From the NCBI GenBank assembly GCA_021372675.1, contig JAJFTZ010000022.1, positions 5,152 through 69,151 of the forward strand: a stretch of 64,000 bases of DNA, read 5' to 3'. Positions within the stretch are counted from its first letter, which is position 1, and each line of letters opens with the position of its first letter. This stretch comes from Eubacteriales bacterium (GTDB lineage Bacteria > Bacillota > Clostridia > Christensenellales > CAG-138). This document shows positions 46,166 through 54,604 of this stretch, in pieces. Both the position numbers and the translations under genes were made by a program. A model generated the notes under the pieces. The model worked only from the letters and a program-made list of their open reading frames with translations, was not told the DNA's origin and did not search any database.

Positions 46166-47892
46166 AGAAAAAGCAGGCTTTCACCCCGGATTGGTACCAT
46201 GAGGAAGCGCCCGCGGACTCGTACCGCTCCATCCTCAAATGGGGCGACCCCAAGGTGTTCAAAGCGCCCAACGCCAAGCTCTATAAGCTTATGAAGGAGG
46301 TGTTCGAGCTTACCGACGAGGATTTTGTTGAAAAGAGAAAGATGGGCCTCGAGCGGGTGGATTTCGACATCCCCGTGGGGCTTGATAAGGCGCACCTTGC
46401 CGCGTTTGCCGCCATCGTGGGCGAGGAAAACGTGAAGACCGATAACTACACGCGATTGCAGGTGGCTTACGGCAAGACCATGATCGACCTCATGCGGCTT
46501 CGCGGGGGCATCGCCGAAAACCTGCCCGACGCGGTGCTGTACCCGCGCGACAAGCGCGATATAGAGAGGATTGTCGCCTATTGCCACGAGCATACGGTAC
46601 CGCTCTACGTCTACGGCGGCGGCTCGTCCGTGACGCGGGGGGTAGAATGTGTGAAGGGCGGCGTGCAGCTCGATCTGCGCGCGCATTTCAACAAGGTGAT
46701 CGCGTTTTCCGAGCGGATGCAGACCATTACGGTGGAATCGGGCATGAGCGGGCCGCAGCTCGAGGCGGCGCTCAACGATGCGGTGAAGCGCTTCGGCGCC
46801 TCGCGCGCGTACACCTGCGGACATTTCCCGCAGAGCTTCGAGTATTCGTGCGTGGGCGGCTGGGTGGTGACGCGCGGTGCGGGCCAGAACTCCAGCTATT
46901 ACGGCAAGATCGAGGATCTCGTTCTAAGCCAGGAATACGCCACGCCCGTAGGCGTCATCAAAAGCGACATGTACCCCGCCAACGCCACCGGCCCCTCCAT
47001 CGACGAGATCATGATGGGCAGCGAGGGCGCGTTCGGCGTGCTTACGCACGTAACGCTTCGGGTGTTCAAATACATGCCCCAAAACCGCAACCGCTTCAGC
47101 TTCGTATTTAAATCTTGGGAGGACGGCGTGAACGCCGCGCGCGAGGTGATGCAGGGCGAGTTCGGCTTCCCGTCGGTGTTTCGTTTGTCCGACCCCGAGG
47201 AGACCTCCGTGGCGATGCGCCTCTACGGCGTGGCGGGCACGCCTTTGGATACGGCGCTGGAGACGTTTGGGTATAAGGACGGCGAGCGCTGCTTGATGCT
47301 CGGCTTTACGGAGGGTGAAAAGCATTTTTCGAAAAACGTGTACCGCCAGATTAAAAAGATATGCCGCAAATACGGCGCCATGTACACCACGGGCTATGTG
47401 TGCTCCCGCTGGGAGCACGGCCGCTTTACAGACCCGTACCTGCGCGAGGATATGGGCGATTACGGGCTTATGATGGATACGCTCGAGTGCTCCGTCAACT
47501 GGGATAATTTCATGGAGGTGTACGAGGGCGTGCGCAAGGAGTGCAAGAGCCGCAAGAACACCATTCACATGACGCATATGTCCCATTTCTACCCGCAGGG
47601 CGTGAACCTCTATTTTATCTTCATCGCTAAGCTCGACGAGATCGACAGCTACCTCGAATACCAATCTATGATCATGGATAACATACAGCGCTACGGCGCG
47701 GCGATGAGCCACCACCACGGCATCGGCAAGATGACGGCGCCCTGGCTCGAGGCGCAGATCGGCCGCAACGAAATGGCGGTCTACCGCGCGCTCAAGCGGC
47801 ATTTCGACCCGAAAAACATCATGAACCCCGGCGGCACGCTCGGGCTCGATCTGGAGGAAGGAGCGCGGCGGGATTTTGTGAGCAAGCGGTAA
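46162..47892 (+). CDS. FAD-linked oxidase, alkyl-DHAP synthase (AGPS) / E. coli YgcU-like
   Basis: 576 aa. FAD PCMH domain (VPLYVYGGGSSVTRG) and C-terminal HHHGIGK. The N-terminal region resembles AGPS-type proteins. 4-nt overlap with the kinase gene. Confidence 0.75.
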   Translation: MKKKQAFTPDWYHEEAPADSYRSILKWGDPKVFKAPNAKLYKLMKEVFELTDEDFVEKRKMGLERVDFDIPVGLDKAHLAAFAAIVGEENVKTDNYTRLQVAYGKTMIDLMRLRGGIAENLPDAVLYPRDKRDIERIVAYCHEHTVPLYVYGGGSSVTRGVECVKGGVQLDLRAHFNKVIAFSERMQTITVESGMSGPQLEAALNDAVKRFGASRAYTCGHFPQSFEYSCVGGWVVTRGAGQNSSYYGKIEDLVLSQEYATPVGVIKSDMYPANATGPSIDEIMMGSEGAFGVLTHVTLRVFKYMPQNRNRFSFVFKSWEDGVNAAREVMQGEFGFPSVFRLSDPEETSVAMRLYGVAGTPLDTALETFGYKDGERCLMLGFTEGEKHFSKNVYRQIKKICRKYGAMYTTGYVCSRWEHGRFTDPYLREDMGDYGLMMDTLECSVNWDNFMEVYEGVRKECKSRKNTIHMTHMSHFYPQGVNLYFIFIAKLDEIDSYLEYQSMIMDNIQRYGAAMSHHHGIGKMTAPWLEAQIGRNEMAVYRALKRHFDPKNIMNPGGTLGLDLEEGARRDFVSKR

Positions 47893-47907
47893 ATCGAGGA
47901 AAACAAA

Positions 47908-48156
47908 ACGGGCGCCCCTCCGGGCGCCCGTCAGGCTGTCAAAAAAGCCTTGAGGGTTCGGGGGCCACGGCCCCCGGGGGCTTCCAACCGCCGCCGGCGA
48001 CATGTGCGGTGGCGGCGGAAAGCCTTGCAGCGCAAGGCTTTCCTTGCAGGAACAACCGGCCGCGCCGAAGGCGCAGGTTGTTCCTGTGACCCTCGAAAAA
48101 GTGCCGCAGGCACTTTTTCGACAAGCAAACGGGCGCCCTTCCGGCGCCCGTTTTGC
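47908..48156. other. Array of seven consecutive GC-rich stem-loops filling a convergent intergenic region
   Basis: Stems at 47908-47931, 47959-47976, 47988-48018, 48017-48043, 48049-48084, 48094-48120 and 48125-48156. The first and last hairpins are near-identical (AACGGGCGCCC...GGCGCCCGT). Confidence 0.7.
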
Positions 48157-48191
48157 TTTCTTTACGATCCGTTGCCGTTCCATGCGGAAGA

Positions 48192-48527
48192 TTACGGGCG
48201 GTGATGCGTTGCATAAATGGCTTCGCCGATTTCCCGGTTCACCGAGCGGATGAACGCCCGGTACCTTTCCCTTTGGTCGGGCTTATGAGGGTCGGCTCCT
48301 TCTACGATTGAATCCGCCGCCGCCTCATCGATATCGGGGCAGCGCATCAAAGCGGCGATAACGGCTTTTACCTCCGCATTATGTGAAAACAGCTCGGCCG
48401 CCTCATAAACATTCTTGTTGGGGTGATACGGGCAACTGTTTTCACGGTACTGAAGGACCCTCTCATACCCCAAAACAATCACAAAAAGAAACGCGAAAAA
48501 GCCGATGTTGGCCCAAAACCCTTCCAT
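48192..48527 (-). CDS. Hypothetical small protein with N-terminal TM helix
   Basis: 111-aa ORF, 83 nt downstream of kdpE, with SD GAGAGGA. No recognised family. Confidence 0.45.
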   Translation of the reverse strand: MEGFWANIGFFAFLFVIVLGYERVLQYRENSCPYHPNKNVYEAAELFSHNAEVKAVIAALMRCPDIDEAAADSIVEGADPHKPDQRERYRAFIRSVNREIGEAIYATHHRP

Positions 48528-48610
48528 AATATTAAGTCCTCTCAGTACGTCACGCTGCCTGCGGGCTCTGCCGCGGAGCGACCTAAATCCTTTCTCTTTA
48601 ACCTGCTGCC

Positions 48611-49318
48611 CTATAATCCTTCGGTCATGCGATATCCCACGCCCACCTCGGTAAGGATGTATTGCGGCGATCCGGGGTTAGCTTCGATCTTCCTTCGGAT
48701 GTTTGCCATATTGACGCGCAGCGCGTGGCTTTCGTCGGTAAGGCTTCCCCAGACTTCCCGGATGATCGCATCATGGGTCAAAACCTTGCCCGCGTTTTGC
48801 GCGAGCAGCGCGAGTATCTTGTATTCGATGGGCGTAAGGTGAATGAGTTGGCCGTCCAACGATACCCTCCGCCTCGCAAAATCCAGCTCCAAAGCGCCGA
48901 TCGTCAGCTTTCCCTCCGGGAAAGGCCCGCTGTCCGGCGCAGCAAGGCTATGGCGCAGCGCGGTTCGGACACGCGCCATCAGCTCCGAGGTTCCAAACGG
49001 TTTAACGATGTAATCGTCCGCGCCGAGGTCGAGCGCCTCCACCTTTTCCTGTTCGTGCCCGCGCGCGGAAACCACCACGATCGGTATCCTCGATTGCGCG
49101 CGGACGCACTTGAGCACCTGCAGGCCGTCCATATCAGGAAGGCCCAAGTCTAAAAGCACGGCATCCGGCGCGTGCGACAGGATGAGGGAAAGCCCTTCCT
49201 GCCCCGACCCGGCCTTCACCACCCGATAACCGTTTGAACCGAGCGCGGTCGCGATGAAATTCTGAATCACTTCCTCGTCTTCAATGACGAGGATCAAAGG
49301 CTTTATATCCATGCTCAT
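48611..49318 (-). CDS. kdpE: OmpR/PhoB-family response regulator (KdpE-like)
   Basis: Receiver domain (ILVIEDEE, DAVLLDLGLPDMDG) and winged-helix domain (LTPIEYKILALL...GVGYRM). Its ATG overlaps the kdpD stop (ATGA). The longer ORF to 49498 is rejected. Confidence 0.85.
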   Translation of the reverse strand: MSMDIKPLILVIEDEEVIQNFIATALGSNGYRVVKAGSGQEGLSLILSHAPDAVLLDLGLPDMDGLQVLKCVRAQSRIPIVVVSARGHEQEKVEALDLGADDYIVKPFGTSELMARVRTALRHSLAAPDSGPFPEGKLTIGALELDFARRRVSLDGQLIHLTPIEYKILALLAQNAGKVLTHDAIIREVWGSLTDESHALRVNMANIRRKIEANPGSPQYILTEVGVGYRMTEGL

Positions 49319-51999
49319 GCCCCTTCCCCGAGCGGCAGCGAAAAGCGGAATTCGGCTCCGCCCTCCGCGCGGTTTTCGGCTTCCAGCGCGCCGCCGTGCG
49401 CCCGGACGATGGTATCGCAAATGGTCAGGCCGATGCCCATGCCGCGCGACGCGTCCGGACGGCTCTTTGCGCAAGCCGCGCCTGATTTCGCGCGCCATGG
49501 GAGCGCATCCTCGGAAATGCCCCGGCCTCTGTCCAGCACCTCAAACACCGCGCGATCCCCCTCCCGCCGAAGACTGACCTCGACAGGGGTGCCGTCCTTA
49601 GAGTATTTGATTGCGTTTTCCAGGAGGTTGATGAGCACCTGCACGATCAGGGTGCCATCCATGGGTACCTCGAGCAGCTGATCCGGCACCCTCACGCGGA
49701 TTTCGCGCTTCGGGAACCGGCGCTTGACCCTGTTCACCGCTTCGGCGACCACTTCCTCCGCCGCCTCCGCCGTTTTGGCTACCTTCGACGCATTTTGGTT
49801 GATCCTCGTGATGGAGAGCAGGTTTTCCACCATGCGGATCAGCCACTGCGATTCCTTCTGGATGTCGGAAAGCAGCTTGTCGCGCGTTTCGAAGCTCAAT
49901 TCCGCGTCCCCCTCCCGGAGTGCGGAGCTCGCGCCGAGAATCCCCGCGAGCGGCGTCCTGATGTCGTGAGAGATCGCCCGAAGCAGCGTCGCGCGCATCT
50001 TTTCGCTCTCCGATTCCACCTGTGTGGCGCGCTGCTCGTCGGACAGGCGCTGGCGCTCGAGCGCCAACGCGACCTGAGACGCGATCATGCTCAGAAACAG
50101 GCGCCCGCCGTGATCCAAAGCCTCGCGGCGGCAGGATACGCCCCATACGGCCAATACCTTTCCCTGCGCGATCACCGGCATGTACAGCGCGCCCGCGCCC
50201 ATCAGCGTATCGGTACCCGCTCCGGCGCGCTTCTGGTTGACGAACACCCAATGGGCGACCGCCCGCTCATTTTCATTCTTTAAGAACGCTCCGTCGTCCT
50301 CCGGCGTCCCGGTCAAAAAACCTTCCGCGCCCTCTTCCGGGTCGGCGGTGTAGAACATAATCGCTCTGTCGGAAAGCATGACGATATAGTCGGAAATCAG
50401 GCGCACGATGTTATGCGTGCCGCGCGTGGCCAACAGCTTCTTGTTGATCTCGTACAGCATATCCGTGCGGTGCTCCCGCACCACCGCGAGCCGGGCCTGG
50501 GTCTTGATGCGCACCGTCAATGCGCTTGTGATAAGGGCCACCAGCAGCATGATGAGGAACGTAACAGGATAACCGGGCCGAGCGGCGGTGAACGTAAAAT
50601 ACGGTTCGGTAAAGAAAAAGTTGAAGACCATGACGCTGATCACGGAGGCCGCGACGCCGTATACATACCCGCGGGTCACGCGCGACACGATGAGCACCGA
50701 CAACAGGTATACCATGATAACATTCTGGTCGCCGATGTGCAGCGTTCTGAGCGCGTAGGAAAAGAGCGTGGCGAGGGCGGTCAGGACGAGCACGATCGCC
50801 GCGTCTTTCCAGGAAAAATGAAAGCGGACGCCGCGGCGCGCCTTGCGGGCCGGGCGATACCCGGGCTTCCCCGCCTGCGAGGGGATGATGTGCACCTCGA
50901 CGCTTGGCAGGAGCGCGATCAGCTTATCCTCCAGCGCCGGTTCGAACATTTCCCGAAGCGACCGCCCCTTCCGGCTCTTGCCGATCACGATGTTCGCAAT
51001 GCCCGACATCCGCGCGTATTCGGACACCGCAATGGCGATATCGTGGCCGGTCAGCGTAACCACCTGCGCGCCCAGCTGCTCCGCAAGGCCCATGTTCGCG
51101 CGGATGTTCCTCTGCTGCTCGCCCGTCAGCGACGCGCTGTCGATGCTCTCGACGTACACGGCCTCCCATTGCGCGTGGAACGCCTCCGCCGCCCGCGCGG
51201 CCCACCGGAGGCATTTCTCCGAGGACGGGGAGGGGCCGAAGCAGGCGAGAATCTTTGTGCTTGCCATCTTCTCGGCCGTGCGCTGCTCGTGCTGGTTTTC
51301 GTAAGAGATGCGGTTCGCGACCTTGCGCAGCGCGATCTCGCGCAGGAGCTTTAAATTTTCACGCGTGAAGAAATTGCGCATAACGGCTTCGTCATGCTCG
51401 GGGCGGCATATCTTGCCCGCGGCGAAGCGGCGCAGCAGCTCGTCCGGGTCGATATCGATCAGGCGCACCTTGTCGGCTTCATCGAAAATATGATCGGGAA
51501 CCGTTTCCTCGACCTTGATTTTCGTGATGTCCTCGACGATGTCGTTCATGCTCTCCAGATGCTGTACGTTCACGGTGGTGTAAACGTCGATCCCGGCGGC
51601 TAACAACTCCTCCACATCCTGGTAGCGTTTTTTGTTGCGCACGCCCCCCGCGTTGGTGTGCGCCAGCCCGTCGATCAGAATAAGCGCGGGCTTTTGCCGA
51701 AGCGCTTCGTCAAGATCGAATTCCTGAAGCATAGCGTTCCCGCACGGCACCGCCTTAAGCGCAAGCCGGGGGAGCCTCCGGAGGAGCGCCGCGGTCTCGG
51801 GGTGGGTGTGCGGTTCCATGCAGCCGACGAGCACGTCTACGCCGGAGCGGTATTGCTCCTGCGCATCGTCCAGCATCGCGTGGGTTTTTCCGATGCCCGC
51901 AGCATATCCGAAGTAAATCTTCAGTTTGCCCGCCTTGCGGCTATCCTCGCGGACTTCCTCGAGGGTTGCTTCGGAATCGGGGCGCCCGTCCGCACGCAT
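49315..51999 (-). CDS. kdpD: Sensor histidine kinase KdpD (KdpD N-terminal + Usp + TM + GAF-like + HisKA/HATPase)
   Basis: N-terminal GKLKIYFGYAAGIGKTHAML, Usp-like segment, four TM helices, H-box ISHDIRTPL and an ATPase domain. ATG 51999 sits behind GAAGGTGA; ATG 52107 lacks an SD. Confidence 0.9.
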   Translation of the reverse strand: MRADGRPDSEATLEEVREDSRKAGKLKIYFGYAAGIGKTHAMLDDAQEQYRSGVDVLVGCMEPHTHPETAALLRRLPRLALKAVPCGNAMLQEFDLDEALRQKPALILIDGLAHTNAGGVRNKKRYQDVEELLAAGIDVYTTVNVQHLESMNDIVEDITKIKVEETVPDHIFDEADKVRLIDIDPDELLRRFAAGKICRPEHDEAVMRNFFTRENLKLLREIALRKVANRISYENQHEQRTAEKMASTKILACFGPSPSSEKCLRWAARAAEAFHAQWEAVYVESIDSASLTGEQQRNIRANMGLAEQLGAQVVTLTGHDIAIAVSEYARMSGIANIVIGKSRKGRSLREMFEPALEDKLIALLPSVEVHIIPSQAGKPGYRPARKARRGVRFHFSWKDAAIVLVLTALATLFSYALRTLHIGDQNVIMVYLLSVLIVSRVTRGYVYGVAASVISVMVFNFFFTEPYFTFTAARPGYPVTFLIMLLVALITSALTVRIKTQARLAVVREHRTDMLYEINKKLLATRGTHNIVRLISDYIVMLSDRAIMFYTADPEEGAEGFLTGTPEDDGAFLKNENERAVAHWVFVNQKRAGAGTDTLMGAGALYMPVIAQGKVLAVWGVSCRREALDHGGRLFLSMIASQVALALERQRLSDEQRATQVESESEKMRATLLRAISHDIRTPLAGILGASSALREGDAELSFETRDKLLSDIQKESQWLIRMVENLLSITRINQNASKVAKTAEAAEEVVAEAVNRVKRRFPKREIRVRVPDQLLEVPMDGTLIVQVLINLLENAIKYSKDGTPVEVSLRREGDRAVFEVLDRGRGISEDALPWRAKSGAACAKSRPDASRGMGIGLTICDTIVRAHGGALEAENRAEGGAEFRFSLPLGEGA

Positions 52000-52141
52000 G
52001 CAATTCACCTTCTCAATATCCCGTACTAAATCGACCTGCCCGGTGGCCCTTCGCGCCGCGGCCCCGGAGATCGTTCGAGTGCATCTTATCATTTGCCGTG
52101 CGCGCATACAAGACGCTCGTTTTTATGATCCCCCGACGAGG

Positions 52142-52212
52142 GTATTGTAGCAGAGAAAGCGTCAAGACGGTGCCAATATTGCGCGCGCCGCGTCAAGAGT
52201 GCATCAAGATTT
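52142..52212 (-). promoter_or_regulatory. kdpD upstream module: extended -10 promoter plus phased TCTTGACGC direct repeats
   Basis: On the minus strand: TGCTACAAT (52152-52144), with boxes at 52167-52159, 52198-52190 and 52209-52201 and a degenerate box between them. Repeated upstream of kimA. Confidence 0.55.
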
Positions 52213-52260
52213 AAGCGGCCGGCCCGCTTCACCTTCGGGGCGCATCCCCGCCCGATACGA

Positions 52261-52296
52261 GAGAAAGCTCAGGAATACCGAGCTTTCTCATTTTTT
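52261..52296 (+). terminator. Canonical intrinsic-terminator shape oriented on the plus strand, between two minus-strand genes
   Basis: GAGAAAGCTC / GAGCTTTCTC 10-bp stem, 9-nt loop, then A-TTTTTT on the plus strand. The minus-strand side has only an A-tract before the stem. Confidence 0.5.
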
Positions 52297-52349
52297 ACCG
52301 CCTCCGGACGCCGCCGCGGTTTCAATTGCGGGGTCTGGCGCGGCGCCGC

Positions 52350-54266
52350 TTACCACGGCTTTTCGTTTGTCGGGTTGTACTTCTCCGAATGGAGGATATC
52401 GTCGTCGTCATTGAGCTGCAGCGGGATCGTTGAAACGACGACGTGCTTATGCTTGAGCAGATTCCGCGTTATGCGGAAGTGCGTCGTGTTGTGCAGGAAG
52501 CGGTGCCACCATTTTTTCACCTCGAACCGCGCCAGCAGCACCGTGATGATATCGCCCGTTTCGTACTTGTACTCCTCGGACGCGATATACTCGAGCAGCG
52601 GCTCGACGATCTTGCGGTACGGCGAGTACTTGACGATAAGAGGGATATCCGTGTTTAGCTTTGCGTAGGTCTCCCTCAGCTTCAGCTCCGCTTCGTGGTC
52701 GATCGTGACCGAGAATACGACGACGTTATCGGATATGGTCCTCGCATACCGGATGGAACGGACGCTGGAGCGGTTTACGCTGTCGATGGGGACGATAACC
52801 CGGTTGCGGTATTTTTTATGTTCGAGGTCGAAGTCCTTCAGCTCTTCCGCCGTCAGCTTAAGCTGCTTGGAGATCGCGAAATAGTGCTTTTTGACCTTCA
52901 GGAGGCTAAAGACCATCAGCGGAATGATGATCACCACAATCCAGGCACCTTCGCCGAACTTGGTGATGGCGATGATGATGACCGCCGTGGCGGTCACGAG
53001 CGCGCCAAGACCGTTTATGAGTGCCTTGGGGAGCCAGTTGTGCTCCTTTGTGCGCAACAGCCGGATAAACATGCCCGTCTGCGACAGCGTGAAGGACAAG
53101 AACACGCCGATGGCGTACAGGCCGATCAGCCTTGTTACATTGGCCTTAAAAACGACGATCAGCAGCAGGGCGATTGTCGTCAGGAAAACGATGCCGTTGG
53201 AAAAAACCAACCGCTCGCCGCGGGTTTTGAATTGCCGCGGCATAAAGCCATCCTGCGCCATGACGGAGAGCAGCATGGGGAAGTCGGAGTAGGCCGTATT
53301 GGCGGCTAAGACCAGAATGAGGAACGCCGAGCCGGAGATAAAGTAGAAGATGGCGGCGTTAAATACCGTAGCCCGGCCGAAGATCATATCGGCCATCTGT
53401 ACGATCAGCGCCGGCTGGCCCTCGCCCGGCGTGGGGTGGTAAATGTTTGTGAGGAAGGCCAAGCCCCCCAATATGACAAGGATCGACAGCCCCATCAAAA
53501 GCAAAATGCGTTTGGCGGTTTTGCGGACGGGCTCCTTGCAGTTGGGGATGGCGTTGCTTACGGCTTCTACGCCGGTAAGCGCCGTACAGCCGTTGGAAAA
53601 TGCCCTTAGCAGCAGAAAGAGCGAGATCGAACCGACGCCGTAATAACCCGGAGGCGTTTGTGCATGCACAATCGGCGCGCCGGTGATTACCTTGATGAAG
53701 CCGGTTACGATCAAAAGGAGCATCGAAAAAATAAAAAGGTAGGTCGGTATGCCGAAAATTCTGGACGATTCCCGGATGCCACGAAGGTTGCCGACCATGA
53801 GGAGCAGCACGATCACGATGCAGATCTCCACGGAATACGGCTTGAGCGTTACGAAAGCCGAGGAGATCTGCTCCACGCCTGCGGAGACGCTGACGGCCAC
53901 CGTCATGATGTAATCGACGGCCAGCGCGCTGCCCGCCGTAACCCCGGCGTACACGCCAAGGTTGTCCTTGGCTACGATATACGACCCGCCGCCGTTCGGG
54001 TAGTGTTCGATCGTCTGCCGGTAGGACAGCACAAGGATCATCATCAACCCGATGATGCACAGGGCGATGCCCACCGCATAATGATAGGAAGCCAAACCGA
54101 TCGCCGGTATCAAAACGATGAGCATTTCCGGCACGGCGTAGGCCACCGACGATATGGCGTCGCTGGACAAAATCGGCAGCCCCCACAGCACGCTGTATTT
54201 TTCTCCGCTGATCGCTTCGTTGTTTAGGGCTGAACCAAGCAATGCCCGTTTTATTTTGTCAAACAT
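52350..54266 (-). CDS. kimA: KimA (YdaO)-type APC-superfamily K+/H+ symporter
   Basis: Collinear with B. subtilis KimA as I recall it: MFDKIKRALLG, SSDAISSVAY, GGGSYIVAKDNLG, LLRAFSNGCTALTGVEAVSNAIP, LAANTAYSDFP, plus a cytoplasmic C-domain. Start at Met8 of the ORF, behind GGAG. Confidence 0.8.
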   Translation of the reverse strand: MFDKIKRALLGSALNNEAISGEKYSVLWGLPILSSDAISSVAYAVPEMLIVLIPAIGLASYHYAVGIALCIIGLMMILVLSYRQTIEHYPNGGGSYIVAKDNLGVYAGVTAGSALAVDYIMTVAVSVSAGVEQISSAFVTLKPYSVEICIVIVLLLMVGNLRGIRESSRIFGIPTYLFIFSMLLLIVTGFIKVITGAPIVHAQTPPGYYGVGSISLFLLLRAFSNGCTALTGVEAVSNAIPNCKEPVRKTAKRILLLMGLSILVILGGLAFLTNIYHPTPGEGQPALIVQMADMIFGRATVFNAAIFYFISGSAFLILVLAANTAYSDFPMLLSVMAQDGFMPRQFKTRGERLVFSNGIVFLTTIALLLIVVFKANVTRLIGLYAIGVFLSFTLSQTGMFIRLLRTKEHNWLPKALINGLGALVTATAVIIIAITKFGEGAWIVVIIIPLMVFSLLKVKKHYFAISKQLKLTAEELKDFDLEHKKYRNRVIVPIDSVNRSSVRSIRYARTISDNVVVFSVTIDHEAELKLRETYAKLNTDIPLIVKYSPYRKIVEPLLEYIASEEYKYETGDIITVLLARFEVKKWWHRFLHNTTHFRITRNLLKHKHVVVSTIPLQLNDDDDILHSEKYNPTNEKPW

Positions 54267-54390
54267 TTTCTCCATCTCCCGGAACATATACGGCTACGGC
54301 ATAAGCGTTTCCCCGCGCAAGCGCTTTTAGTATGCCCCGCGGCACGCCGCCGGCCATGATTTCACCTGAATTTCAGGCAGACCCAATAAC

Positions 54391-54461
54391 GTATTCTAGC
54401 AGGAAACGCGTCAAGACGGTGTCAAGGTCGCGCTGGCCGCGTTAAGAACGCGTCAAGATTT
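54391..54461 (-). promoter_or_regulatory. kimA upstream module: extended -10 promoter plus phased TCTTGACGC direct repeats
   Basis: On the minus strand: TGCTAGAAT (54401-54393), with boxes at 54416-54408, 54447-54439 and 54458-54450. Spacing is the same as in the kdpD module. In an ungapped 71-nt alignment I count 57 identities by hand. Confidence 0.55.
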
Positions 54462-54540
54462 GAGCCGGACAAGCCGGAATAGGAGAGGAAAACAGGGCCT
54501 GGTTGAAACTATATATACTGAAAAAATGCTGAAAAACCAA

Positions 54541-54568
54541 TTGATAAAATCAAAAAAAATGATATGAT
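54541..54568 (+). promoter_or_regulatory. Sigma-A type promoter of the DUF3798 ABC operon
   Basis: TTGATA (54541-54546), 16-nt spacer, TATGAT (54563-54568) preceded by TGa (extended -10), in an AT-rich stretch. Confidence 0.5.
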
Positions 54569-54604
54569 TATCTTATCGTACAAAAATCAATGGGGAGGTA
54601 AAAC

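Noticed and set aside
46924-48183. 419-aa minus-strand ORF opposite the AGPS-like gene and the hairpin array
   Set aside because: It is antisense to a well-supported flavoenzyme gene and extends through seven stem-loops. The composition is low-complexity.
47950-48204. 84-aa Arg-rich ORF within the hairpin array
   Set aside because: The extreme Arg/Pro/Ala content arises from translating GC-rich palindromes. No SD is present.
54288-54390. Possible c-di-AMP (ydaO-type) riboswitch in the kimA leader, as in B. subtilis
   Set aside because: The leader is only about 100 nt. It lacks the conserved elements I recall (GGGGTGAATC, CCCGAATCC...CAGCTAACCTCGTAAGC). Only a CTGAAATTCAG hairpin is vaguely reminiscent. 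A covariance-model scan would settle this.
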